Assembly: GCA_949127775.1 (NCBI GenBank)
Contig: CASBQF010000094.1
Coordinates: 16,198 to 80,197, forward strand
Origin: Oscillatoriales cyanobacterium PMM_0080
GTDB taxonomy: Bacteria > Cyanobacteriota > Cyanobacteriia > Cyanobacteriales > Microcoleaceae
Length of the DNA: 64,000 nt
Direction: 5' to 3'
Translations under genes and position numbers: made by a program
Shown: positions 9,135-19,616 of the stretch, piece after piece
Position numbering within the stretch: position 1 is the stretch's first letter
How the letters are laid out: every line of letters starts with the position of its first letter
The notes under the pieces: generated by a model
Seen by the model: only the letters and a program-made list of their open reading frames with translations
What the model was told of the DNA's origin: nothing
Database searches by the model: none

Positions 9135-10376
9135 ATGCTAAATCTCAGTTACGAGTACAAATTAAAGCCAACAGACGAGCAGATTTCGGAAATAGAACGA
9201 ACGCTGGGGATTTGTCGCAAGGTTTGGAACTACGCATTGAGAGAACGTAAGGATTGGATTAACTCTCGCAAATGTCCGATTAATGCTTGCTCAATTGTCA
9301 GCGAGTATATCATTCCGGCAGATGCGCCCTACCCTAATTACTTTGTACAGGCTGCTGGGCTGACCAAAGCTAAGGTTTTGTATCCTGAGCTTAAAACAGT
9401 TAATGCTCAAATGCTTCAGCAAGTTCTCAGGAAGTTGGAAACGGCATTTGTTGACATGAAACGCAAAGGAATGGGATTCCCTAGATTTAAGCACAGATAC
9501 CGAATGAGGTCTTTTGTGTTTCCGCAGATGCTTAAAAACTGCATCCAAGGAAACTCGATCAAACTGCCTCAATTGGGTACTGTTGAGTTCATTAAGTCTA
9601 GAGAAATTCCTAAGGGGTTTGTAGTTAAACAAGCTCGAATTGTGCGAAAGGCTAGCGGGTATTTCGTCATTTTCTCGTTAGAGTGTGATGTGAATGTTCC
9701 TGAGCCTGTAGCCAATGGATTCCCAATTGGAATCGACATAGGGCTAGACCAATTTCTAGCAACTTCTGAAGGAAAGTTAGTTAAACGCCCTAAGTTTTTA
9801 AATACCGAACACCGCCAGCTTAAATTGCTGCAACGTCGGTTGAAGAACCAGAAAAAAGGATCTAACAACCGTCATAAGTTAAATAAAAAAATTGCTAGAC
9901 TGCATCAACGTGTAACCGATACCAGAAAGGATTGGCAGTTTAAATTAGCTCATGAAATAGTAAAAGATGCGGGAATGGTATTTGTTGAAGATATCGATTT
10001 TCGAGTCTGGGCTAAAGGAATGTTTTGCAAACACACTTTAGATGCTAGCTTTGGGCAATTCATCTCGATCCTCTCGTGGGTGTGTTGGAAACAAGGTGTG
10101 TATTTTGAGAAGGTAAACAAAGATTACACATCCCAAGTTTGCCCTAATTGTGATACACATACTGGTAAAAAAGGACTTGATAATCGGGTTCATAGTTGCC
10201 ATGAGTGCGGGTACACGACCCATAGAGATGTAGCAGCAGCTCAAGTTATTCGCAATCGCGGATTGTCCGCCGAGGGACGCTCGGTAGACATTAAAGAAGT
10301 TGCCTGTGGAGGCGGTCTGACGGGGACTGGCAACAGTCTAGTTAAGAGCCAAAGAGACAGGAAGAAGAAAGCATGA
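9135..10376 (+). CDS. tnpB: RNA-guided endonuclease TnpB
   Basis: N-terminal YEYKLKPT HTH, RuvC-I GIDIGL, RuvC-II FVEDID, zinc ribbon CPNC...CHEC, RuvC-III HRDVAAA. Confidence 0.93.
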   Translation: MLNLSYEYKLKPTDEQISEIERTLGICRKVWNYALRERKDWINSRKCPINACSIVSEYIIPADAPYPNYFVQAAGLTKAKVLYPELKTVNAQMLQQVLRKLETAFVDMKRKGMGFPRFKHRYRMRSFVFPQMLKNCIQGNSIKLPQLGTVEFIKSREIPKGFVVKQARIVRKASGYFVIFSLECDVNVPEPVANGFPIGIDIGLDQFLATSEGKLVKRPKFLNTEHRQLKLLQRRLKNQKKGSNNRHKLNKKIARLHQRVTDTRKDWQFKLAHEIVKDAGMVFVEDIDFRVWAKGMFCKHTLDASFGQFISILSWVCWKQGVYFEKVNKDYTSQVCPNCDTHTGKKGLDNRVHSCHECGYTTHRDVAAAQVIRNRGLSAEGRSVDIKEVACGGGLTGTGNSLVKSQRDRKKKA

Positions 10377-10860
10377 AGGCACGGCTTCAGCCTGCCGGAA
10401 TGCAACCTTTGAGAATCCCCGCGCATTCATGCCGGGGAGTATACGTCAATAAATACCATTCCTGATTAGTTCTAAAATTTTCATGAAGACTTCATATCAA
10501 ATATGCTAACACCGGGATTATACCGCGCAAGCGAGCGTCCCCGCTTGTGTCCGGTTCTCGTCGCGAGTTATACGAGATCGGATTGCACAAAAAATATTAC
10601 TCCCATCTAAATACAAACGATATAATAGCGATAATGTGCGCAGTGCGCACCCTACAAACTAAATCGTTCTGACTTAAACGTCGCAATGACTAATAGACAA
10701 GATTGCAAAATAACTAGGACGGGCAAGATGCCCGTTACAAAAAAACATTTTTTCTTGTGGAACAGGCATCTTGCCTGTTACAAAATTTGATTAAAATGAA
10801 TTTTGCAATCTTGTCTAATTCCCCATGCCCGATGCCCGATGCCCGATGCCCCATGCCCAA

Positions 10861-12483
10861 TTACCTTTGATTTCTGTTGGTGTGATAAACTGCGATCGGT
10901 CTATCAATTCCTTTAAAACGGAAATCTCCCATCGGCTCAAAACTTTGGGGTAATCGCAGCAACTTGTAAGTAGCTTCGCTCACCACGCATTCTCCAGGCA
11001 GACAAATTCCCTCCATCCGAGCAGCTAGATTAATTGTCGAACCCAACACAGTATAATCAACTCTTTTAGAACTGCCGACATCGCCAATTATCGCTTTGCC
11101 GCTGTTAATAGAAATCCGCAATTGCAGCCGTTCGCCTAAACTATTATTGGCATTGAGTTCGTCAAGACGGTTGAGCATTCCCAAAGCTGCCGCCACAGCC
11201 CGATCGGCATGATCCGGTTGAGATTCCGGCGCTCCAAAAAATGCCATAATACAATCTCCAATAAACTTATCTAAAGTTCCTCCTTCCCCAAAAACTTCTT
11301 GCAGCATTTCCTCAAAAAAGTTGTTCAGCAAGCGGGCAATTTCAGGGGGACTCAACCGTTCTGACATCGCCGTAAAGCCTACAATATCTGCAAATAAAAT
11401 ACTGATTTCGCGTTCCACAGGGGGCAGTCGGTGGTCAATTAAAGTCCCCGTATTCATTAAATGCTGGACAACAGCCGGAGAGTGATAGCGTTCCAATCTT
11501 TGCCGCATAGTTTCTTCGGTGCGGAGTTTTTGTGTCAGCAGCCACCGCTGCACGCTAGAAGCGGCGATATTTCCTAAAGCTGAAAAAAAGCTCAAGTCTT
11601 CATCTCCTCCCTGATACCACTCTCTAGAAGTCAGTTGAGCGTCGCCATAAAGCACTCCAAAAACTGTATTTTCATCCCATAGAGGAACAGCTATCGCAGT
11701 GCGAATTCCTTTATCGATCATACTAATATTATCATCAAATTGTTCGTCAAACTGAGCATCGGCAGTTTTGAGAGCAACTTGTTCGTCTAATACTTTGCGG
11801 CAGATAGTGCGGCCGATCCAACTCCCGTCAGCGGGGATATATTTATTTTTAGCGGTGGGCTTGGCTGCGGTTTTAACTACTTCGAGTTCGCCGTTATTTT
11901 GGAAGTCTATTAAAAGTGCTAAACGTTCAATGTTCTTGATATCGCGGAACACTATTTGCTGGACTTGATCGAAGATTGCTTCGATGGATTCAGCAGTGTT
12001 CAAATATTTAGCGATATCCACTAAATATTTTAATCGAGAGATTGCTTGTTCGTAGTTTTTTTCAATTTTTGTATCTGGTTCTATCCACTGTTTTTGCAGT
12101 TCTTTGGCTTTGCCGAGGATGGTAACTCCTTCGGGCATGGTGCCGATTTCGGGAAGTTGGGGATCGGAGCGATCGGGCAAAACGACAATCAGATTGATCC
12201 GGTGTCCCAAATAAATGACATCGCCCTGATTTACTAAGTGAGGTTGGTTGAGGGGACTGTTGTTCAGTAGCGTCCCATTGGTACTGCCCATATCCTCAAC
12301 TAGCCAATCCCCTGAAGCTATTTTAAATAAGCGAGTGTGGTTCCGAGAAATGTCAGAAAAAGGTAGTTGCAAATCGCATTCTAGCAATCTACCTATAATA
12401 AATTCGTCGCCTTCAACAGGCACGGTTTTTTCGATAATTCCATTAATTTGCAATTCCAGATTAAGTTCATTCATACATAGCAC
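10861..12483 (-). CDS. FHA-GAF-class III adenylate/guanylate cyclase (CyaD-like architecture)
   Basis: FHA motifs IIGR, SRNH, DMGSTNGT; GAF AVPL...YGD; cyclase LFADIVGFT, DKFIGDCIMAFFG, NLAARME. Confidence 0.88.
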   Translation of the reverse strand: MLCMNELNLELQINGIIEKTVPVEGDEFIIGRLLECDLQLPFSDISRNHTRLFKIASGDWLVEDMGSTNGTLLNNSPLNQPHLVNQGDVIYLGHRINLIVVLPDRSDPQLPEIGTMPEGVTILGKAKELQKQWIEPDTKIEKNYEQAISRLKYLVDIAKYLNTAESIEAIFDQVQQIVFRDIKNIERLALLIDFQNNGELEVVKTAAKPTAKNKYIPADGSWIGRTICRKVLDEQVALKTADAQFDEQFDDNISMIDKGIRTAIAVPLWDENTVFGVLYGDAQLTSREWYQGGDEDLSFFSALGNIAASSVQRWLLTQKLRTEETMRQRLERYHSPAVVQHLMNTGTLIDHRLPPVEREISILFADIVGFTAMSERLSPPEIARLLNNFFEEMLQEVFGEGGTLDKFIGDCIMAFFGAPESQPDHADRAVAAALGMLNRLDELNANNSLGERLQLRISINSGKAIIGDVGSSKRVDYTVLGSTINLAARMEGICLPGECVVSEATYKLLRLPQSFEPMGDFRFKGIDRPIAVYHTNRNQR

Positions 12484-12549
12484 CGCTGTTGAAGTTCCAA
12501 GACTTTTATAAGACTTGGATTCATCAGATGAAATCTTCCAGGAGTCCGA

Positions 12550-13404
12550 TCAAGTCGGCGGTAATTCCAAACCAAGCTGACCTAAAACACCAGTTCTAAA
12601 ATCGTTTAACATCTGCCGCGCCGTTCGTTCGACATCTCCTTTATACCTGTCTTTTGCTACCTCGTGCAAATAATCTTCACCATTACTAGATAATGGATCT
12701 AATTTATACCTGGATTTAAAACCAGATACTGATATCAAGGTGTCGTCGATCGCCTCAAGCTCCCTCAGCAAATCTACCATAGCTGCTGCTACTACCTGAT
12801 TGTCATAAGCTGCTTCGCCAATATCTTCGCAGATAGCTAATTTTATCGCATTTTCTTGATTGTTAATTCGGGTGGGAATCACTCCGGGGGCGTCTAGTAA
12901 CTCAATTTCGTCAGAAATGCGAACCCATCGGAGCGATTTGGTGATTCCAGCTCTGCGGGCACTGTCCACAACTCTGCGCCCTAACAGCCGATTAATTAAG
13001 GCAGATTTTCCGACATTAGGAAAGCCCATCACCACGGCTCGGACTGGACGAGGTAGCATACCTCGATCGAACCTGCGTTTATTTAGCTGCACCCCAGCAT
13101 TCTGTACAGCATCCGCCACATCATGTACTCCTTGGCCATGTTCGGCATTGGTAAAATACACAGTTTCGCCTTGAGACTCAAACCAAGTTTCCCACGCATC
13201 GCGCGATCGACCAGTAATCATATCCATGCGGTTGACAACCAATACTCGGGGCTTACCGCCCACCCAGCTAGGCATTTGGGGGTGGTAAGTAGCCAATGGA
13301 ATGCGGGCATCTCGGACTTCGAGCACTACATCTACCCGCTTTAGTTGTTCTTTTAATGCCCGTTCAGCTTTAGCAATGTGACCGGGATACCAGTGAATTT
13401 TCAT
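12550..13404 (-). CDS. ylqF: Ribosome biogenesis GTPase YlqF/RbgA
   Basis: WYPGHIAKA, DARIP, GFPNVGKS, DAPG: circularly permuted GTPase. Confidence 0.93.
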   Translation of the reverse strand: MKIHWYPGHIAKAERALKEQLKRVDVVLEVRDARIPLATYHPQMPSWVGGKPRVLVVNRMDMITGRSRDAWETWFESQGETVYFTNAEHGQGVHDVADAVQNAGVQLNKRRFDRGMLPRPVRAVVMGFPNVGKSALINRLLGRRVVDSARRAGITKSLRWVRISDEIELLDAPGVIPTRINNQENAIKLAICEDIGEAAYDNQVVAAAMVDLLRELEAIDDTLISVSGFKSRYKLDPLSSNGEDYLHEVAKDRYKGDVERTARQMLNDFRTGVLGQLGLELPPT

Positions 13405-13668
13405 TAGTTATTAGTTGTTAGTCATTAGTCATTAGTCATTAGTCGTTAGCCATTAGTCATTAGTCATTAGTCATTACAATACTTCGGACTGTTTGGGATT
13501 TTAAACTACAGAATAAGGGTTTGAGGCAAGCCACGACTCACGACAAATCAAGAATTCCAGCCATTTTTCCTCAAAGTATCCAAACTATTGTTATTAGTCC
13601 GTTGGCAGTTGACCGCTGGCATTCAACCAATGACCAATAACCAATGACTAATGACTAATGACTCATAA

Positions 13669-14082
13669 CTAAGGCACAATCAAAACTGCACAAGGAGACA
13701 GATTGATTACCCGACTGGTAACGCTGTCAGACGCCCCATCATCGGTTAAGCCCATCCCCCGACAGCCCATCACAATCAAATCGGCCCCAATTTCGTCAGC
13801 CACATCACAAATCGTGAAAGCAGGTTTGCCTTCCCGTTCGATAATTTCAGCTTCGATTCCCTGCTGGGAAAACATCGATTGGGCCTCGGACAGCAGTTTG
13901 GCGACAGCTTCCGGGGAAGTCATCACCTCAGACGGTGGAGTGGCCCCCTCAAGAGCGGGGGGCTCGACTACCGACAGAATAACTAAACGAGCGCCGTAGG
14001 TTTTCACAATATTCACAACCTTTTCGGCTGCTTCGCGGGCTTCTCGGCTTTGATCGACAGGAAATAAGACAGTCTTGAACAT
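13669..14082 (-). CDS. Universal stress protein (UspA family)
   Basis: MFKTVLFPVD...ADLIVMGCRG...SVTSRVI...CAVLIV. Confidence 0.9.
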   Translation of the reverse strand: MFKTVLFPVDQSREAREAAEKVVNIVKTYGARLVILSVVEPPALEGATPPSEVMTSPEAVAKLLSEAQSMFSQQGIEAEIIEREGKPAFTICDVADEIGADLIVMGCRGMGLTDDGASDSVTSRVINLSPCAVLIVP

Positions 14083-14265
14083 AGTGCACATCTCCCGGGC
14101 ACGGACTCCGATAAAATGTTGAGGTTGAACCAATCAATGCAGCTTATTCCATCTTCCGTTTTTTTGTAGGGGCGCGATTTAATGCGTCCTAGGCCCAAGT
14201 GCAAGTTACCAGTGCCGACATTTCAACGGAATTCAACAAAACACACATATTAGGAGGTTAATTCT

Positions 14266-15465
14266 GTGACCAAAAAAACTGTAGCAAATTTATCGGCATC
14301 GGACTTATCGGGAAAACGGGTACTGGTGCGGGCGGACTTTAACGTGCCACTCGACAACGGCAGTATCACAGATGATACTCGCATCCGGGCGGCTCTGACG
14401 ACAATTCAAGATTTAGCTTCCAAGGGCGCTAAGGTGATTTTGTGCAGCCACTTCGGGCGTCCCAAGGGTGTGACGGAGAAGTTGCGCTTGACTCCGGTTG
14501 CTAAGCGGTTGTCGGAATTGTTGGGGAAGGAAGTCAAAAAGACTAACGACTGTATCGGTGATGAAGTGGCTGCTACTGTGGCGGCGATGGCTGATGGCGA
14601 TGTAATTTTGCTGGAAAATGTCCGCTTCTACCCAGAGGAAGAAGCAAATGATCCTGAATTTGCTAAGAAGTTGGCTTCTGTGGCCGATTTGTATGTGAAT
14701 GATGCTTTTGGGACGGCTCACCGAGCTCACGCTTCTACTGAGGGTGTGACTAAGTATCTGAGTCCTTCTGTGGCTGGTTTTTTGATGGAGAAAGAGTTGC
14801 AATATCTTGGTAGTGCGATCGACAATCCGCAACGTCCCTTAGCTGCTATCATCGGTGGTTCTAAGGTTTCCAGCAAGATTGGAGTCATTGAAAAACTGCT
14901 CGAAAAGTGCGACAAATTGCTGCTGGGCGGTGGCATGGTTTTCACATTCTACAAGGCTCGTGGCTTGAACGTTGGTAAGTCTTTGGTCGAAGATGACAAG
15001 CTAGAATTGGCTAAGTCTTTGGAAGCTAAGGCGAAGGAACGGGGAGTGACTTTTCTGTTACCTACTGATGTGATAGTTGCTGACAAGTTTGCTGCTGATG
15101 CGAATACTCAAATTGTCTCCGTTGAGAATATTCCTGACGGTTGGATGGGTTTGGATATTGGCCCGGATTCAGTGAAAACTTTCCAAGCTGCTTTGGCCGA
15201 TTGCAAAACTGTGATTTGGAACGGGCCGATGGGTGTGTTTGAGATGGAGAAGTTTGCTGCGGGTACTGAAGGTATTGCTCATTCTTTGGCGGGAATTACT
15301 AAAACTGGTACTACCACAATTATCGGTGGTGGTGACTCGGTGGCGGCTGTTGAACAGTTGAATTTGGGTTCAGAAATGAGCCACATTTCTACTGGTGGCG
15401 GTGCGAGTTTGGAGCTGCTCGAAGGTAAGGAATTGCCTGGTGTTGCTGCTTTAGATGAGGCTTAA
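14266..15465 (+). CDS. pgk: Phosphoglycerate kinase
   Basis: [41 protein letters not shown]. Confidence 0.97.
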   Translation: MTKKTVANLSASDLSGKRVLVRADFNVPLDNGSITDDTRIRAALTTIQDLASKGAKVILCSHFGRPKGVTEKLRLTPVAKRLSELLGKEVKKTNDCIGDEVAATVAAMADGDVILLENVRFYPEEEANDPEFAKKLASVADLYVNDAFGTAHRAHASTEGVTKYLSPSVAGFLMEKELQYLGSAIDNPQRPLAAIIGGSKVSSKIGVIEKLLEKCDKLLLGGGMVFTFYKARGLNVGKSLVEDDKLELAKSLEAKAKERGVTFLLPTDVIVADKFAADANTQIVSVENIPDGWMGLDIGPDSVKTFQAALADCKTVIWNGPMGVFEMEKFAAGTEGIAHSLAGITKTGTTTIIGGGDSVAAVEQLNLGSEMSHISTGGGASLELLEGKELPGVAALDEA

Positions 15466-15475
15466 TTAAGTTGAG

Positions 15476-15500
15476 TAGGGCGGGCAGGAAGGCCCGCCTT
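15476..15500 (+). terminator. GC-rich hairpin after pgk (GTAG-type REP and/or terminator)
   Basis: gtag-ggcgggc-aggaag-gcccgcc-tt. Confidence 0.5.
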
Positions 15501-15651
15501 GCTCAATTCAAGTCTAAATCTTTGGCTGCGAATGCTATTTTTTTTTTTACCGCAGAGAGCGCAGAGACCGCAGAGAGGGAGAAAATACAGAAAGAAATGG
15601 GTTTAAATTCTACTGTTTGCGAGTACGATCGATCTGAAGTGGCAGTGAGGT

Positions 15652-16383
15652 TTGTTTGTGAAATTTAAAATCTTGGCAAGTGTAACGGCAACTTTAGCAG
15701 TTTTAGCCCCGTTTTTGCTAGCAACTGCCGTCAAAGCTGAAAATCCAGATCATGTCCGGCAATTGCTGGAAAGTAAGGAGTGTGAGGGCTGCGATTTGAG
15801 AAATGCTGATTTGTTTAAGGCGAGTTTATACAGGGCTAATTTAAGAGGAGCTGATTTAAGCGGAGCAAATCTCTACGAAGCTAATTTGCTAGAAGCTGAT
15901 TTAAGTGGTGCTAATTTGGCAAATGCTAATTTAGTTAATGCTGAGATGTTTGGTGCTGACTTGGACAGTGCTAATCTGCGAAATGCGGATTTGTCTAATG
16001 CTTTTTTGGGACGAGTCAATCTCACAAGAGCTGACCTGCGTGGTGCTAAACTTTTTGGTGCTAATCTGGGCGAATCTTATCTGCTTCAAGCTAATTTATC
16101 GAATGCGGATTTGAGGCGCTCGCTACTGTTTAGAGTTAATTTGAGTCGCGCGAATTTGAGCGGAGCGGATTTGTCTTTTGCTGATGTGCGCGATACTAAT
16201 TTGCAGAATGCTATTCTGTCAAATACTAGGCTTCCTAAAGCTCAATTGAGCGGGACAAATATCGATGCGGTTAATAATTTGAGACAGGCTGATTTGGAGC
16301 GTGCAAATTTGCGGGGTACGAATTTGGGGCCGCAGGTTTGTGTGACAACGAATTTTCCCTATTGTGTTTTTAATTTAGAATAA
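15652..16383 (+). CDS. Secreted pentapeptide repeat protein
   Basis: Signal peptide, CEGCDL, then A(D/N)LxX pentapeptide repeats. Confidence 0.88.
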   Translation: MFVKFKILASVTATLAVLAPFLLATAVKAENPDHVRQLLESKECEGCDLRNADLFKASLYRANLRGADLSGANLYEANLLEADLSGANLANANLVNAEMFGADLDSANLRNADLSNAFLGRVNLTRADLRGAKLFGANLGESYLLQANLSNADLRRSLLFRVNLSRANLSGADLSFADVRDTNLQNAILSNTRLPKAQLSGTNIDAVNNLRQADLERANLRGTNLGPQVCVTTNFPYCVFNLE

Positions 16384-16477
16384 TTCGGTCGTAGAGTGCG
16401 TCAGTCGCGATTATTTTGGTAGCTACGGGAGTTTTTGACTGGCTGGCGCACTCTATCTATATTGATTGATATCTGAG

Positions 16478-17143
16478 CTAAGTTTCAGGTGCTTTGTATC
16501 CCCTTTCTAGGGCAAATTTCACGAGCTGCGCCCGATTTTCTAGTTGTAATTTGCTGAAAATGCTGCCTAAATGAGCTTGCACAGTTCGGGGGCTAATAAA
16601 TAGTCGATCGCTAATTTGTTTGTTAGTATAACCCTGAATAACTTCCCAAAAAACTCTTTCCTCGGCTGGTGTTAGGGGCAGAGGTGCAGGGGAAGGGATC
16701 ACTGCGACTACTTTTGGTTCTTCTGCTCTGGCGTTAGAAGTTTGTAGCAGTCGCACAATCTCGGCGTGAATGCGGTGGGAGCGCTCTAACTGCGCCTTCA
16801 CCTTTGCCAAGATTTCTTCAGACTGAAATGGTTTTACCAGATAATCGTCAGCGCCGATCGCGTGACCTTCAACTTTTGACTCCATCTCACCTTGACCTGA
16901 TAAAAATATAAAGGGGACTAACTGTCCCAAACGGGTAGTGCGCAAGCGGCGGCAAAACTCAAACCCGTCCATTTCCGGCATCATCACATCTGAAATTACC
17001 AAATCTGGGGGAGCATTCTCAAAAATCGAGAGCGCCTCAACGCCAGAATTAGCGCATTGAACCCGGTATCCTTGGCTTTCGAGGTACATGGCTAAGACTG
17101 TTTGACAGTCTGCTTCGTCGTCAACTACTAATATTCTTTCCAT
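16478..17143 (-). CDS. Response regulator, REC + LuxR-type HTH
   Basis: ILVVDDE, SDVMMP, KPF; LTPAEERV...GYTNKQIS...SPRTVQAHL. Confidence 0.9.
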   Translation of the reverse strand: MERILVVDDEADCQTVLAMYLESQGYRVQCANSGVEALSIFENAPPDLVISDVMMPEMDGFEFCRRLRTTRLGQLVPFIFLSGQGEMESKVEGHAIGADDYLVKPFQSEEILAKVKAQLERSHRIHAEIVRLLQTSNARAEEPKVVAVIPSPAPLPLTPAEERVFWEVIQGYTNKQISDRLFISPRTVQAHLGSIFSKLQLENRAQLVKFALERGYKAPET

Positions 17144-17345
17144 GACAGGCTTGCACCAATTCCAGTTGACAGTTATTGAAACTGCGGCCCCCAAAGTAGG
17201 AACTTAATTGAGTTTACCTGCTGCAACTTGATAAAATCTCCCAATTTCAAGACGCCACAATTTCTCAAGTAGTCCAATCACGGGCGCCGATCGCATAAAA
17301 TCGGAATAAGTAGAAGAATATCGGGAAAAATTTCCTTCTTTTATT

Positions 17346-17385
17346 CGCTCGCTCCTAAAAAGTTACAACTTTTTAGGAGCGAGCG
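17346..17385. repeat. Perfect 19-bp inverted repeat with a 2-nt loop
   Basis: cgctcgctcctaaaaagtt-ac-aactttttaggagcgagcg. Confidence 0.8.
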
Positions 17386-17458
17386 TCAACTTTTCCGCAG
17401 AAAATATAGAGGTTAACAAAAACAATTTTATTTTATTATACAGAAATTTTCGTGACAC

Positions 17459-18805
17459 TTACACTATTCCCAGACCGGACATGGACAGGTTTTTAGATTT
17501 TTCGGGTTCGGATACGGGTACAAAAGGGATAATGCGAGCAGGTACTGGTAGTAAGGACTCAGTACACAAACGCTGGCCGGCAATCAACAGACTTTCAATT
17601 ATCGGGGCGGGTTCGGGGCGGCTGAACAGATACCCTTGCATGATGTCGCATTGATGCTCTTTCAAAAAAGTTAGCTCTGCTTCTGTTTCTACTCCTTCAG
17701 CAATGACGGTCATCTTCAGACTGTGACCAAGTAAAATTACTGCTGTGGTGATAGCAGCATTTTGAGCGTCTTCGTTGGCATTTCGCACGAATATGCGATC
17801 GATCTTTAAGCTGTCGAAAGCAAATTGCTTGAGATATCCTAAAGTGGCATAACCTGTGCCGAAGTCGTCAATGGCAATCCGAATTCCTAGTGCTTTCAGT
17901 TCGTTTAAAGTAGCGCCGGCGACTGTCGCATTGTCAACCAAAGCGCTTTCGGTCATTTCTAGTTCTAAATTAGCTGGCTCTAAGCCTGTCGTTTCTAATA
18001 TTTGCACGATTCGCGCTTTCAGGTCAGGGTCTGACAATTGGCGGGCTGACAAATTTACTGATATCGTAAATGGGGAAAACCCTGCCGCCACCCAACTAGC
18101 TGCTTGAGCACAAGCTGAAAGCAGTACCCACTCTCCAATCTGAATAATTAAACCTGTTTCTTCGGCTAAGGGAATAAATTCGGCGGGAGAAATTATACCT
18201 CGATCGGGATTTTGCCACCGCACCAAAGCTTCGGCGCCGATAACTTGTCCGGTAGCAATGTTCACCTGTGGCTGGTAGTATACCTGAAACTCTGCTCGTG
18301 CTAAAGCGCGGCGTAGCAAGACTTCGAGAGCCAACTTTTCAGGGGAGAGGACAGAAACCTTGGTCGATTCGTTAACTAAATCTTTGAGTCTGGCTTCTGC
18401 TTGGTGAAGTGCGAGTGTCAGCGGTTGAGTAATAGTTTGCCGCTTGGAGATGCGAGAAGCAATGGCTCCCAGTAATTCAGCCTTAGTAAACGGCTTTGTC
18501 AGGTAATCGTCGGCCCCCAATTCCATCCCGCGACGAAAATCGGTTTTGTCACTTTGAGCCGTGAGGAAAATAAATGGAATTGTTGCAGCTAGAGAGTTTT
18601 GTCGCAATGTCCGTAACACGTCATAACCATCGAGCTCTGGCATTTGCACGTCGCACAAAATTAAATCGGGGATCTCTGCAAGTGCCATCTGCACCCCAAA
18701 TCGACCGTTTTCTGCCACAATGACGCGGTAGTTGTGAGATTCCAGGAGTTGTAGAAGAGTTTCCCGGATTAGTTCGTCGTCCTCAATTACCAAAATTTTG
18801 AGCAT
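17459..18805 (-). CDS. Response regulator with EAL c-di-GMP phosphodiesterase domain
   Basis: REC (IEDD, CDVQMP, KPF), coiled coil, then YQPQ, EALVRW, DDFGTGY, LKIDR, EGVE; no GGDEF. Confidence 0.9.
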   Translation of the reverse strand: MLKILVIEDDELIRETLLQLLESHNYRVIVAENGRFGVQMALAEIPDLILCDVQMPELDGYDVLRTLRQNSLAATIPFIFLTAQSDKTDFRRGMELGADDYLTKPFTKAELLGAIASRISKRQTITQPLTLALHQAEARLKDLVNESTKVSVLSPEKLALEVLLRRALARAEFQVYYQPQVNIATGQVIGAEALVRWQNPDRGIISPAEFIPLAEETGLIIQIGEWVLLSACAQAASWVAAGFSPFTISVNLSARQLSDPDLKARIVQILETTGLEPANLELEMTESALVDNATVAGATLNELKALGIRIAIDDFGTGYATLGYLKQFAFDSLKIDRIFVRNANEDAQNAAITTAVILLGHSLKMTVIAEGVETEAELTFLKEHQCDIMQGYLFSRPEPAPIIESLLIAGQRLCTESLLPVPARIIPFVPVSEPEKSKNLSMSGLGIV

Positions 18806-19266
18806 GATACTTAGATAACAGATGGCACTATATATCAGAACCTGACTAACTCTAGCATACTCAAACTAGGGGGTTAATGATTAGGCCAATTAGCCAATAA
18901 ATGATTAGCCATTTGGCTAAAGACTTTTGTTGGGTTTTTAAGTAAGAATCAAGGAAGTGGCAAAATTTGGAATAATTCGAGGTCTTTCCAGAGCAGAAAA
19001 CTGCTGCGCGAGGCTTGTTGGATAAATTTTTATTACGAAATATCGGTTATTTCTCATAAAAATTGTCGCTAACACCGTTAAGGCACGGATGCGACAATAG
19101 GTTATACAATGTCTGGTTAATTATCTGTTACAAAAAGTGTTTGATCGATCGGACTTGGTTCCTGGGATGGATGCGGACTAAAGTCCTCACAGACTATTCA
19201 TTACTCTAATCCTCTTCCTTCTAGGTAGAGGTCAACAGTTAACTGTTAACTGTCAACTGTCAACTG

Positions 19267-19536
19267 TCAACTGACAGGCTTAGTAGAAGTGGCACAGAAC
19301 TTGCGATCGACAATTGTAGAACTGATCCTGACAGCCTGCATTGGTGATGACGGAACGATCAAGTCTTGCGGAACTACAACTGTTTTCTTACAAACAAGCT
19401 CGCTGCTGCCTACAGAGGCAAAGTTCCAAGCATAAAATTCGGGGTTGCTGACTGTCGCCGTGGCAGGAGATAAACCTAGTGCAGTCACCAATACTAATCC
19501 CAATGTTACTAAAGCTACGATCGCAAATTTCAGCAT
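19267..19536 (-). CDS. Small secreted hypothetical protein
   Basis: Signal-peptide-like N-terminus (MLKFAIVALV...PATA) and two Cys. Confidence 0.55.
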   Translation of the reverse strand: MLKFAIVALVTLGLVLVTALGLSPATATVSNPEFYAWNFASVGSSELVCKKTVVVPQDLIVPSSPMQAVRISSTIVDRKFCATSTKPVS

Positions 19537-19616
19537 ATTCTTTTTTTTAACCGGAAGATTTACCCGATCGGGATTACCCAATTATCGCTCGATCGCACTT
19601 CCAGCGTCAATAGCGG

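Larger units (their letters stand above)
8995..10449 (+). mobile_element. IS200/IS605-family element, tnpB only (IS1341-like); left boundary approximate
   Basis: Left hairpin ccccgtcctttcaaggcgggg near 9007-9027; right hairpin ccccgcgcattcatgccgggg followed by terminal TCAA at 10446-10449; no tnpA. Confidence 0.8.

Noticed and set aside
9135-10376. TnpB as a Cas12 effector
   Set aside because: No adjacent array or cas genes; IS200/605 end hairpins and terminal TCAA are present.
13476-13620. Possible riboswitch or ncRNA upstream of ylqF between two STRR arrays
   Set aside because: Only short complementary segments (tttgagg/cctcaaa); no family motif recognised. It would need an Rfam or covariance search.
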